Source of the DNA: Eledone cirrhosa | Lineage: Eukaryota | Direction of reading: 5' to 3' | Length of the DNA: 64,000 nt | NCBI GenBank assembly: GCA_964016885.1 | Contig: OZ024740.1 | Span: 406,720,001 to 406,784,000, forward strand | Shown here: one piece after another, positions 25,584 through 37,763 of the stretch | Position numbering within the stretch: position 1 is the stretch's first letter | Layout of the letters: each line of letters starts with the position of its first letter | Translations under genes and position numbers: made by a program | The notes under the pieces: generated by a model | What the model was told of the DNA's origin: nothing | The model's database searches: none | Seen by the model: only the letters and a program-made list of their open reading frames with translations

Positions 25584-25785
25584 TAGTCTTTGATAGTAGA
25601 CGTCTTTCATATCGGCTCTTCGATTTGGAATTTTTACCTGGAATAATTGTGAGTGCATTATTTAAATTGTTTTTTATTATTGACTCTAACCCCTAGTCTG
25701 GGACTGTAGATGTAGGGTAAATATATTTTCACCCCTTTTGGGGTGAAAAATATTTATCGATATCGTTGAAAACGATATCGCCATA

Positions 25786-27472
25786 TTGGAAGCTAACGCC
25801 ACGCCTACCAAAAAAATAAGCGAGAAAGAGGGAACAACAATTCAAACTGTTGAACAGCCCCTCCTCTCCAATGAAAAAAAAAAGAATATTAATTCGAATG
25901 AAAACCTAAATTTTGAAGAAAAAAATAACACCAACAACATTACAACAACAAGCAACAAAGACAACAAAATTTCTTTTGCCCAAACGGTCAGGAAAGCTAT
26001 CGAATACAAGCCCATAGATATTACTAACGCTAAGCAAAACTTGCTAGATGCCAGAAAATACGTATCTTTTGGGGAGGATGGTTCTTTTACGATCAACTCC
26101 CCAGACGAAGTTCATCAACAGGTATATAGGAATACCATAACCTACAGGACTATATCCAACGCAACAAGAAAGCCAGCTCAATTGACAGAAAGTCAAATTG
26201 AGCTGGTTCTGAAAGACATTAAAAATGACATACTCTTTATTCAAAGAGGAAAGCTGTATGCCAGCATTATGGTCCGAATGAAGGACGAAATGCTGGCTCA
26301 AAAATGTTCGGTGGCACCTATAGTGTCACCACAATACACCTTCTTCCCCACATATAAAGGAAGAAGAACACAAAGAATAAGAATGTGGAGCCCAACGCCA
26401 GAAGTAAACATCTGGTCCGTCCTAACAGGATTTACGGACCTAGAAAAGGACATCCTTATTTCAGCAGGGGAGTCCACCAGTGGACTGTTCGGGGGGAAAA
26501 GTCTGGAGGTTCTCTTACAGATGACACCTGAGAGAATCGCCGGAATACCCGACCGAGTTCTACTGGATGGGCGAACCTTCATAAATATTACGGTGGAAGG
26601 CAGGAGACCCTCATGTTACCACTGCGCTGGCAGAGGTCACCTGAGGACGGCCTGCCCTCTACTAACAACAAAAAAACCACTGCTACAAACACCACAACAA
26701 CAACAAAAACAACCAGCACCACCACCACAAAAACAACAAAATACACTACCATTACCACCACAACGACAACAAAAACCAACAACACCATCTCCACCACCAC
26801 AACAACAACAGCTCAAGAAAACAACCCAAAACACGGTCCCACCCAGCCCCTCCCCACGGAACACAAATACAAAAACACACACAGTTCATACACAACCCGG
26901 AAATATACCCCTCCCCTCCAATATGGAAGAGGAGCTCATATCGTCGGAAGACGAGGGGGCTCCCTTCCAAAAAGTGAAAAGAAAAAAACGTACACACACC
27001 ACACAAACAAAAATAACCCCACCTGACAACACAACACAAACAACAAAACGCAAACTCACGCAAGAACAACAAGCAAAAACAAACACAAAAACTCTACACA
27101 TACATAAACAAAAACAATAAAAACTTAACGGAAAAAATAGAAAACAACACTTCGGTACAAACCGAAGGGCCGAATTTTGCAATGGCAATGGGACTCCCTA
27201 ACCTGAAAATGGTGAAAGTACCACTTGACATTTTCAAAACTTTGAAAAACATTTACCCTGAGGACGTGGGGCCACCCTGCACCAGGCCACTCAACCGCGT
27301 TCTCCTGAAAGGTTTTCCCCTCCCCTCCTCAAACACACACACAACTCCAAACACCCCAACCCCTCCACACACTAATACCCCCACACCACCACAAACCACC
27401 ACCCCACCCAACAACCCTTCCACCAGCCCCATGGAAACTGAACGGCCTGAACCCCGGGACGCAGAGAGGTAA
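25786..27472 (+). pseudogene. Tx1 ORF1 (gag-like, CCHC zinc knuckle), frameshifted and lacking the start ATG present in copy B
   Basis: Contains CYHCAGRGHLRTAC. Split into 25786-27120 and 27182-27472 relative to the intact 584-aa ORF of copy B. Confidence 0.88.
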
Positions 27473-27495
27473 GTGCCTCTTTCTTTGCCACCAAC

Positions 27496-30400
27496 ATGGC
27501 TGTGTTAAGAGTGGGTTGTCTAAATGCGCGTGGCCTGGGCTCACCTTGGAAGCAAGCTAAACTTCTAAATGACCTCAGGTCACAATGTATAAATGTGATG
27601 GTTATTTGCGAGGCCCGGATCAGCAGCGTGTGACAGCTAGCCCCCACCTTTGATGACTTTGAGATGCACGCATACTTCTGTCAGCCCGGAGGTGGGGGTG
27701 GGGTTGTCGTTCTGCTGCAAAAACATCTGGGTCTCGCTACACAGACGGTACACTTGGACCCGGAGGGTCGACTCGTGGTTCTGGACCTTGGCAATGGTGA
27801 AGGCAAAGCTTTTAGGCTTGTCGCCGTATACGCCCCTTTTGGGGCAATGCGGTCGGACTTCTTCCATCGTCTGGAGACTTTTCTAGGGACGTCCCGCTCC
27901 TTGCTTTTAGTGGGGGACTGGAATGGTATCCTAGATGCACGTTGGGACTATGTAGGGGCATGTCCCGATAGAGGGGGGTGTAACAGCCTCAAGGGGTTAA
28001 TCGGCCGATTTGACCTGGCCGATAGATACCGACTAGATTTTCCGACTGTGCCAACCTGGACTTGGTCAAATAACAATGGTCAATCTAGATCGTACCTAGA
28101 TAGGTTCTTAGTTAGAATTAAGGATAGAGACTTTTTAAGTTGTCCAGAAATGTTCATGGTGGGCTATTCAGACCACAAGTTAGTGACCTGCGTAGTCCAC
28201 CTTGATAGAACGCATAGGCAGGGACCCGGTTACTGGAAGCTCAACTTGTCCTTACCGGCAAGTAGAGCTTACAGGGACCGGATTAGAACCTTAGTTAAGG
28301 AGCGGTTGACGGGCGCCATCGTCAACAGCAGGTGGTGGGGCTCTCTAAAAAGAGAGATTAGAGTAGTTTCAATAGGAGTTAGTAAGGAGTTAGCCTCAGA
28401 TAGAAATAGGAAGGAAAGGGAGTTGGTAGTTAATGTTGAAGAGGCAATGAGAAGCGGCAACGTGGCCAGAGTGCAAGCGTCGAGAACGGTCTTGAACCAG
28501 TTCTTCGACGCGAAACATGAAGGCTGCGTTTTCCGAAGCAAAATACGTGCTCTGGGAAACGAGGGGACCAAAGCTGTTAGCTGGGCCCGCGTGACAGAAG
28601 TGAAAAGTGGGATTAAATCCACTATCCGGTCTTTGCGAGACCAGGATGGACGGGTGATCCTTGAATCTAAGCAAATGTGCGAGGCCTTTCAAAGGCACTT
28701 TGCCCGATTGTTCGGGAGGGGCGGGGGGGCCGGTTGGAGATGTGGATTTCGGTCCATACCTCGACGGCCTGCTGCGTCTTTCGGACAAGGAGGCGAGGTC
28801 CTGCGACGGGCCGATCTCAGCTGCTGAAATAGGGGGCGTGCTGAGCCTATGCAGCAAACGCAAATCTCCAGGGCTCGATGGTCTGCCCTACGAACTATAT
28901 ATTAATATGCCGGACTTGTTCCCCGATCTCCTCGAGGCGGTCTACTGCAACTGGCAACAGAACGGGAGAATTCCCTGTTCTGTGACCAAGGGCGTAGTCT
29001 CGCTAGTGAGGAAGGATGAGAACAAGGGGGATGACATTAGTAATTTTAGGCCCATAACTCTGCTAAATGCAGAGTTAAAGATTTTGGCCAAGGTGTTAGC
29101 GAAGAGGTTGGCGCTTGTCGTGGGGAGCCTGGTGGGAGATGCGCAGACATGCGCTATCCCGTCCAGGTCCATCCACGACAACCTCCACCTCATGCGATAC
29201 ATCATAGAGAGGGTTGGGAACGAACCCGGCTTTGGTGGGGCCCTGATAAATTTAGATCAGTCTAAAACGTTCGATAGGGTGGACCATGGTTACCTGGATG
29301 CGGTGCTAGCGGCGGCTGGGTTCGGACCCGTTTTCAGGGGCTGGATCACTGCCATGCACAGCAGCCGCATCTGCTCTAGAGTTAAGGTGAACGGCTACAT
29401 TTCGGAGCCGTTCGAAATCACCCGCTCCATCCGACAGGCGCGCCCTCTCTCCTCCCTTCTGTATGTATTGGCTCTCGAGCCATTACTGCGGAAGTTGGAG
29501 TTGTTGCAGGGCATCCCTTTGGAACCGGGATTGCGCAAAGCAGTGTCGGCCTACGCCGATGACGTAACAGTAATGGTGTCGACTACCTCGGAAATCGAGG
29601 CAATCGGCACCTTACTAGAGGAGTACGAAAGGTTGACAGGGGCTAAGCTGAACCGGGACAAGTCAGTCGCTTTGCAACTTGGCGAGTGGAGGGGCAAAGC
29701 GATGTCGTGCGACGGTGACGGTGGACGGAGAGCCCGGTGAAGTTGCTTGGGGTCTGGTTCGGACCGGACCTCCAGGTGGAGAAAAACTGGGGTGAGGTGA
29801 CGAATAGGGTGTTTGCACTGACCCAGAAGTGGGCCGAGTGCAAACTATCCCTGAAAGGTCGGGCGGAGGTGGCGAATGCTTACATAGCATCCGTCATCTA
29901 TTACCGCTTGACTGTCGTGCCTTGCCCGGGTGAGATCCTCGCCAAAATGGAGCGCGCCCTCTTTTATTTCCTTTGGAAAAAGAGGTCTCCTCTGGTGAGG
30001 AGATCCATCTGCTGTCAACACCCTTTGAAAGGAGGGCTGGGGATGCCGTAGCTAAAAATGCGTAAACACGCATTGAGGCTAAGGCACCTCCAGGTATTCC
30101 TCACCGGTCAACCGGTGTGGGCCCCGTTTGTGAGGCGAGCCTTCCCGAGGCTCGTCTCGCTCACCGAGCTGCAGTCCTGGGTGAAGCAAAGACCGAGAAA
30201 ACTGGGCGACTGGCACACCGAGTGTGCCCAGGCGCTCACGGCTCTCTGGCAGGCGGACCCGGCTATCGACGGAGACTCCACCTCGTCATTCTATAGAGGG
30301 CTGGTGGTTAGCGGGTGCGACGATGCCCTCGGAGAAACCCTAGGCATGGAGGAGGACGAACTGGCCAGTCTATTCGGTAGGACTTTCGGCCCGGGACCTA

Positions 30401-30902
30401 TGGACAACTTCCAGAAGTCCTTGGCCTGGCAGTGCTACCGAGGGGCTCTGCCCGTTCGGGATAAGCTCTACAGACACGGGCGCCCGGGTAGGGACCCCTC
30501 GAAAAAGAAGAAACCGTCGCGCACGCATTGGTGCACTGCCCGGGCGTTGCCGATCTGTGGGGCTATATCGAACAACTGCTGTCACGGGTGGGACCAATTA
30601 GGTTGACCACCGAGTCCATTGTAACGATCAAGCCGCCTCCCCCCTTCAAAAATGAAGGAGAGGCGGTCTTCCTCTGTGTAATAGCCATGGTAAAAGAGGT
30701 TATATGGTGGACGCGTCTGAAAGGGCTGAGGTCGGACACCTTTCTCTCCGGCCAACAACTGGTCCTTTTCTTCCGATACCATTTCGGAAGAAGGATCAGG
30801 ATGGAGAGAGAGGTGCTCCACTCCAGCCAGTTTTATGAAAGGTGGGTGAAAGTTGCGAGAATCGCCCGTGTGAATGGACCTTCTCTCTACCTCAGCCTGT
30901 AG
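27496..30902 (+). pseudogene. Tx1 ORF2 (APE endonuclease + reverse transcriptase), multiply disrupted
   Basis: Motifs GDWN, YLDR, SDH, SPGLDG, FRPITLLN and YADD. Stops at 27631 and 30049, frameshifts near 28725, 29716 and 30500. Confidence 0.92.
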
Positions 30903-31080
30903 GTGGAAAAGGAAGAAGGGAGCACCCTCGCTTTGTGCTACCGTGGAGAAGGGTCGCACATTTTTTCGGGGGTGTGTGTGACCCCAAAACGATCCCTCCC
31001 TATTGAGGACCTTCTTGTTATTATTTTGTTTGTTATATTTTTCTTACTGTAACCTTGGTAACTATACTAACATAGCAATA

Positions 31081-34000
31081 CTGTAGTATCAGAGCTGTGA
31101 TATCTAAATTCAGAGATTCTTTCCTCAGACATTCTAACCACATGTCTGTAGTATCAGAGCTGTGATGTCTCAATTCAGAGATTCTTTCCTGAGACATTCT
31201 AACCACATGTCTGTAGTATCAGAACTGTGATCTCTCAGTTCAGAGATTCTTTCTTGAGATATTCTGACCATATATCTGTAGTAGCAGAGCTGTGATCTCT
31301 CAGTTCAGAGATTCTATCCTCAGACATTCTAACCACATGTCTGTAGTATCAGAGCTGTGATCTCTCAATTCAGAGATTCTTTCCTCAGACATTCTAACCA
31401 CATGTCTGTAGTATCAGAGCTGTGATCTCTCAATTCAGAGATTCTTTCCTCAGACATTCTAACCACATGTCTGTAGTATCAGAACTGTGATCTCTCAGTT
31501 CAGAGATTCTTTCTTGAGATATTCTGACCATATATCTGTAGTAGCAGAGCTGTGATCTCTCAGTTCAGAGATTCTATCCTCAGACATTCTAACCACATGT
31601 CTAGTATCAGAGCTGTGATCTCTCAATTCAGAGATTCTTTCCTGAGACATTCTAACCACATGTCTGTAGTATCAGAGCTGTGATCTCTCAATTCAGAGAT
31701 TCTTTCCTGAGACATTCTAACCACATGTCTGTAGTATCAGAGCTGTGATCTCTCAGTTCAGAGATTCTATCCTCAGACATTCTAACCACATGTCTGTAGT
31801 ATCAGAACTGTGATCTCTCAATTCAGAGATTCTTTCCTGAGACATTCTAACCACATGTCTGTAGTATCAGAGCTGTGATCTCTCAGTTCAGAGATTCTTT
31901 CCTGTGACATTCTAACCACATCTCTGTAGTATCAGAGCTGTGGTCTCTCAATTCAGAGATTCTTTCCTCAGACATTCTAACCACATGTCTGTAGTATCAG
32001 AGCTGTGATCTCTCAATTTAGAGATTCTTTCCTGAGACATTCTAACCACATGTCTGTAGTATCAGAGCTGTGATCTCTCAATTCAGAGATTCTTTCCTGT
32101 GACATTCTAACCACATGTCTTTAGTATCAGAACTGTGATCTCTCAATTCAGAGATTCTTTCCTGAGACATTCTAACCACATGTCTGTAGTATCAGAGCTG
32201 TGATCTCTCAGTTCAGAGATTCTTTCCTGTGACATTCTAACCACATGTCTGTAGTATCAGAGCTGTGATCTCTCAATTCAGAGATTCTTTCCTCGAACAT
32301 TCTAACCACATGTCTGTAGTATCAGAGCTGTGATCTCTCAATTCAGAGATTCTTTCCTGAGACATTCTAACCGTATGTCTGTAATATCAGAACTGTGATC
32401 TCTTAATTCAGAGATTCTTTCCTGAGATATTCTAACCACATGTCTGTAGTATCAGAGCTGTTATCTCTCAATTCAGAGATTATTTCCTGAGACATTCTAA
32501 CCACATGTCTGTAGTATCAGAGCTGTGATCCCTCAATTCAGAGATTCTTTTCTCAGACATTCTAACCACATGTCTATAGTATCAGAGCTGTGATCTCTCA
32601 ATTCAGAGATTCTTTCCTGAGACATTCTAACCACATGTCTGTAGTATCAGAGCTGTGATCTCTCAATTCAGAGATTCTTTCCTGTGACATTCTAACCACA
32701 TGTCTGTAGTATCAGAGCTGTGATCTCTCAATTCAGAGATTCTTTCCTGAGACATTCTAACCTAATGTCTGTAGTATCAGAGCTGTGATCTCTCAATTCA
32801 GAGATTCTTTCCTGTGACATTCTAACCACATGTCTGTAGTATCAGAGCTGTGATCTCTCAATTCAGAGATTCTTTCCTGTGACATTCTAACCACATGTCT
32901 GTAGTATCAGAGCTGTGATCTCTCAATTCAGAGATTCTTACCTGAGACATTCTAACCACATGTCTGTAGTATCAGAGCTGTGATCTCTCAATTCAGAGAT
33001 TCTTTCCTCAGACATTCTAACCACATGTCTGTAGTATCAGAGCTGTGATCTCTCAATTCAGAGATTCTATCCTCAGACATTCTAACCACATGTCTAGTAT
33101 CAGAGCTGTGATCTCTCAATTCAGAGATTCTTTCCTGAGACATTCTAACCACATGTCTGTAGTATCAGAGCTGTGATCTCTCAATTCAGAGATTCTTTCC
33201 TGAGACATTCTAACCACATGTCTGTAGTATCAGAGCTGTGATCTCTCAGTTCAGAGATTCTATCCTCAGACATTCTAACCACATGTCTGTAGTATCAGAA
33301 CTGTGATCTCTCAATTCAGAGATTCTTTCCTGAGACATTCTAACCATATGTCCGTAGTATCAGAGCTGTGATCTCTCAATTCAGAGATTCTTTCCTGAGA
33401 CATTCTAACCACATGTCTGTAGTATCAGACCTGTGATCTCTCAATTCAGAGATTCTTTCCTCAGGCATTCTAACCACATGTCTGTAGTATCAAAGCTGTG
33501 GTCTCTCAATTCAGAGATTCTTTCCTCAGACATTCTAACCACATGTCTGTAGTATCAGAGCTGTGATCTCTCAATACAGAGATTCTTTCCTAAGACATTC
33601 TAACCACATGTCTGTAGTATCAGAGCTGTGATCTCTCAATTCAGAGATTCTTTCCTGAGACATTCTAACCACATGTCTGTAGTATCAGAGCTGTGATCTC
33701 TCAATTCAGAGATTCTTACCTGAGACATTCTAACCACATGTCTGTAGTATCAGAGCTGTGATCTCTCAATTCAGAGATTCTTTCCTGTGACATTCTAACC
33801 ACATGTCTGTAGTAGCAGAGTTGTGATCTCTCAATTCAGAGATTCTTTCCTGATACATTCTAACCACATGTCTGTAGTATCAGAGCTGTGATCTCTCAAT
33901 TCAGAGATTCTTACCTGAGACATTCTAACCACATGTCTGTAGTATCAGAGCTGTGATCTCTCAGTTCAGAGATTCTTTCCTGTGACATTCTAACCACATC

Positions 34001-36765
34001 TCTGTAGTATCAGACCTGTGATCTCTCAATTCAGAGATTCTTTCCTGTGACATTCTAACCACATGTCTGTAGTATCAGAGCTGTGATCTCTCAATTCAGA
34101 GATTCTTTCCTGAGACATTCTAACCTAATGTCTGTAGTATCAGAGCTGTGATCTCTCAATTCAGAGATTCTTTCCTGTGACATTCTAACCACATGTCTGT
34201 AGTATCAGAGCTGTGATCTCTCAATTCAGAGATTCTTTCCTGTGACATTCTAACCACATGTCTGTAGTATCAGAGCTGTGATCTCTCAATTCAGAGATTC
34301 TTACCTGAGACATTCTAACCACATGTCTGTAGTATCAGAGCTGTGATCTCTCAATTCAGAGATTCTTTCCTCAGACATTCTAACCACATGTCTGTAGTAT
34401 CAGAGCTGTGATCTCTCAATTCAGAGATTCTATCCTCAGACATTCTAACCACATGTCTAGTATCAGAGCTGTGATCTCTCAATTCAGAGATTCTTTCCTG
34501 AGACATTCTAACCACATGTCTGTAGTATCAGAGCTGTGATCTCTCAATTCAGAGATTCTTTCCTGAGACATTCTAACCACATGTCTGTAGTATCAGAGCT
34601 GTGATCTCTCAGTTCAGAGATTCTATCCTCAGACATTCTAACCACATGTCTGTAGTATCAGAACTGTGATCTCTCAATTCAGAGATTCTTTCCTGAGACA
34701 TTCTAACCACATGTCTGTAGTATCAGAGCTGTGATCTCTCAGTTCAGAGATTCTTTCCTGTGACATTCTAACCACATCTCTGTAGTATCAGAGCTGTGGT
34801 CTCTCAATTCAGAGATTCTTTCCTCAGACATTCTAACCACATGTCTGTAGTATCAGAGCTGTGATCTCTCAATTTAGAGATTCTTTCCTGAGACATTCTA
34901 ACCACATGTCTGTAGTATCAGAGCTGTGATCTCTCAATTCAGAGATTCTTTCCTGTGACATTCTAACCACATGTCTTTAGTATCAGAACTGTGATCTCTC
35001 AATTCAGAGATTCTTTCCTGTGACATTCTAACCACATGTCTGTAGTATCAGAGCTGTGATCTCTCAATTCAGAGATTCTTTCCTCGAACATTCTAACCAC
35101 ATGTCTGTAGTATCAGAGCTGTGATCTCTCAATTCAGAGATTCTTTCCTGAGACATTCTAACCGTATGTCTGTAATATCAGAACTGTGATCTCTTAATTC
35201 AGAGATTCTTTCCTGAGATATTCTATCCACATGTCTGTAGTATCAGAGCTGTTATCTCTCAATTCAGAGATTATTTCCTGAGACATTCTAACCACATGTC
35301 TGTAGTATCAGAGCTGTGATCCCTCAATTCAGAGATTCTTTTCTCAGACATTCTAACCACATGTCTATAGTATCAGAGCTGTGATCTCTCAATTCAGAGA
35401 TTCTTTCCTGAGACATTCTAACCATATGTCCGTAGTATCAGAGCTGTGATCTCTCAATTCAGAGATTCTTTCCTGAGACATTCTAACCACATGTCTGTAG
35501 TATCAGACCTGTGATCTCTCAATTCAGAGATTCTTTCCTCAGGCATTCTAACCACATGTCTGTAGTATCAAAGCTGTGGTCTCTCAATTCAGAGATTCTT
35601 TCCTCAGACATTCTAACCACATGTCTGTAGTATCAGAGCTGTGATCTCTCAATTCAGAGATTCTTTCCTCAGACATTCTAACCACATGTCTGTAGTATCA
35701 GAGCTGTGATCTCTCAATTCAGAGATTCTTTCCTGAGACATTCTAACCACATGTCTGTAGTATCAGAGCTGTGATCTCTCAATTCAGAGATTCTTACCTG
35801 AGACATTCTAACCACATGTCTGTAGTATCAGAGCTGTGATCTCTCAATTCAGAGATTCTTTCCTGTGACATTCTAACCACATGTCTGTAGTAGCAGAGTT
35901 GTGATCTCTCAATTCAGAGATTCTTTCCTGATACATTCTAACCACATGTCTGTAGTATCAGAGCTGTGATCTCTCAATTCAGAGATTCTTACCTGAGACA
36001 TTCTAACCACATGTCTGTAGTATCAGAGCTGTGATCTCTCAATTCAGAGATTCTTTCCTGTGACATTCTAACCACATGTCTGTAGTATCAGAGCTGTGAT
36101 CTCTCAATTCAGAGATTCTTTCCTGAGACATTCTAACCTAATGTCTGTAGTATCAGAGCTGTGATCTCTCAATTCAGAGATTCTTTCCTGTGACATTCTA
36201 ACCACATGTCTGTAGTATCAGAGCTGTGATCTCTCAATTCAGAGATTCTTTCCTGTGACATTCTAACCACATGTCTGTAGTATCAGAGCTGTGATCTCTC
36301 AATTCAGAGATTCTTTCCTGTGACATTCTAACCACATGTCTGTAGTATCAGAGCTGTGATCTCTCAATTCAGAGGTTCTGTCCTGAGACATTCTAACCAC
36401 ATGTCTGTAGTATCAGAGCTGTGATCTCTCAATTCAGAGATTCTTTCCTGAGACATTCTAACCACATGTCTGTAGTATCAGAGCTGTGATCTCTCAATTC
36501 AGAGATTCTTTCCTGAGATATTCTAACCACATGTCTGTAGTATCAGAGCTGTGGTCTCTCAATTCAGAGATTCTTTCCTGCGACATTCTAACCACATGTC
36601 TGTAGTATCAGAGCTGTGATCTCTCAATTCAGAGATTCTTTCCTGTGACATTCTAACCACATGTCTGTAGTATCAGAGCTGTGATCTCTCAATTCAGAGG
36701 TTCTGTCCTGAGACATTCTAACCACATGTCTGTAGTATCAGAGCTGTGATCTCTCAATTCAGAGA
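31081..36765. repeat. 5.7-kb satellite array, 65-bp unit CTGTAGTATCAGAGCTGTGATCTCTCAATTCAGAGATTCTTTCCTGAGACATTCTAACCACATGT (~87 copies)
   Basis: Unit starts at 31081 and 31146 give a period of 65. Confidence 0.99.
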
Positions 36766-37002
36766 AGTAGTGACTCTCTGATCTCTACCCCTAACCCTAA
36801 TTTTAAATCTCACACAATTTTCTACGCTTCTACCCCCACCTAACCAAACAATATAACACAGTATAGATATTGTTTTAAACAAGTTTTATCTTGTTTATTG
36901 TATTTTAATATATTCTAACCTCTCCCTCTCAGCTCTCCATACCTTACACTTCTTACCTAACCCTGAACTACACGCAGTGTGGAAATACTACACAACCCAC
37001 TA

Positions 37003-37020
37003 TTTATATTTTTACATATG

Positions 37021-37051
<31 letters not shown>

Positions 37052-37457
37052 ATATTTATGTATTTATATATATATATTTATATTTATATATATATATTTA
37101 TGTATATGTATATTTATGTGTATTTATTTATATATATTATTATATATATTTATTTATATATATTTATGTATATATATATTTATTTATATATATTTATTTA
37201 TGTATTTATTTATATATATATTTATTTATGTATTTGTTTATATATGTATTTATTTATGTATATATTTATTTATGTATATATATATTTATATATATATGTA
37301 TATCTTTATATATATATCTTTATATATATATCTTTATATATATATATTTATATATATATATTTATATGTATATTTATATGTGTATATTTATATATATGTA
37401 TTTATATATATGTATGTATTTATATATATATATAAATATATATTATATTTATATATA
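37003..37457. repeat. Degenerate (TA)n microsatellite
   Basis: Directly visible; forms the 5' flank of the Penelope-like element. Confidence 0.97.
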
Positions 37458-37488
37458 AGTGTTTTTTAGCCTTCATATCATGTTCTCC

Positions 37489-37559
37489 TGTTTTATCTGA
37501 TGAAAACACAAATATTATTGCATGATGATGTTTGTTTTTGAAATGCGCATAATAAAATA
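37489..37559 (+). ncRNA. Minimal type I hammerhead ribozyme in the 5' pLTR (intact)
   Basis: Stem I UGUUUUAU/AUAAAAUA; CUGAUGA at 37497-37503; stem II hairpin at 37504-37539; GAAA at 37540-37543; palindromic stem III AUGCGCAU; cleavage triplet AUA at 37549-37551. Confidence 0.85.
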
Positions 37560-37763
37560 TATGGAACTCCTTTAACCATCTTTTGATCTTATATTATGCA
37601 TACTCCAGTCCCACAAACTGTAGAGTGCTTCTTATCCGATATCTGCATTGCTTTATTGTACTACAATAAAACTCACCTCCTACATTAACTTGCTCCTTAA
37701 CGGTTGAGCGCTTACTCTCATATTGGATACCTTTTGATGGTCCTTCACCTCTTCTTCTACAAC

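Larger units (their letters stand above)
25592..31048 (+). mobile_element. Tx1/L1-clade LINE, copy A (3' UTR truncated)
   Basis: ORF1 has a CCHC knuckle and ORF2 has APE + RT. Colinear with copy B from gatagtagacgt to tttttcttact. Confidence 0.93.

Noticed and set aside
25318-25658. LPAC/QAGR repeat ORFs
   Set aside because: Translations of the (CCTG)n microsatellite.
25842-30959. Numerous antisense and alternate-frame ORFs over the LINEs (also 44008-46310, 47154-52385, 59548-60663)
   Set aside because: Shadows of the retroelement coding frames and of low-complexity sequence; no independent motifs.
1-36765. CRISPR-like appearance of the three regular repeat arrays
   Set aside because: Monomers are contiguous with no unique spacers and no cas genes, in a eukaryotic context; these are satellites.
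36977-37469. Tyr/Ile-rich ORFs (also 41881-42246 and 60907-61167)
   Set aside because: Translations of (TA)n microsatellite.
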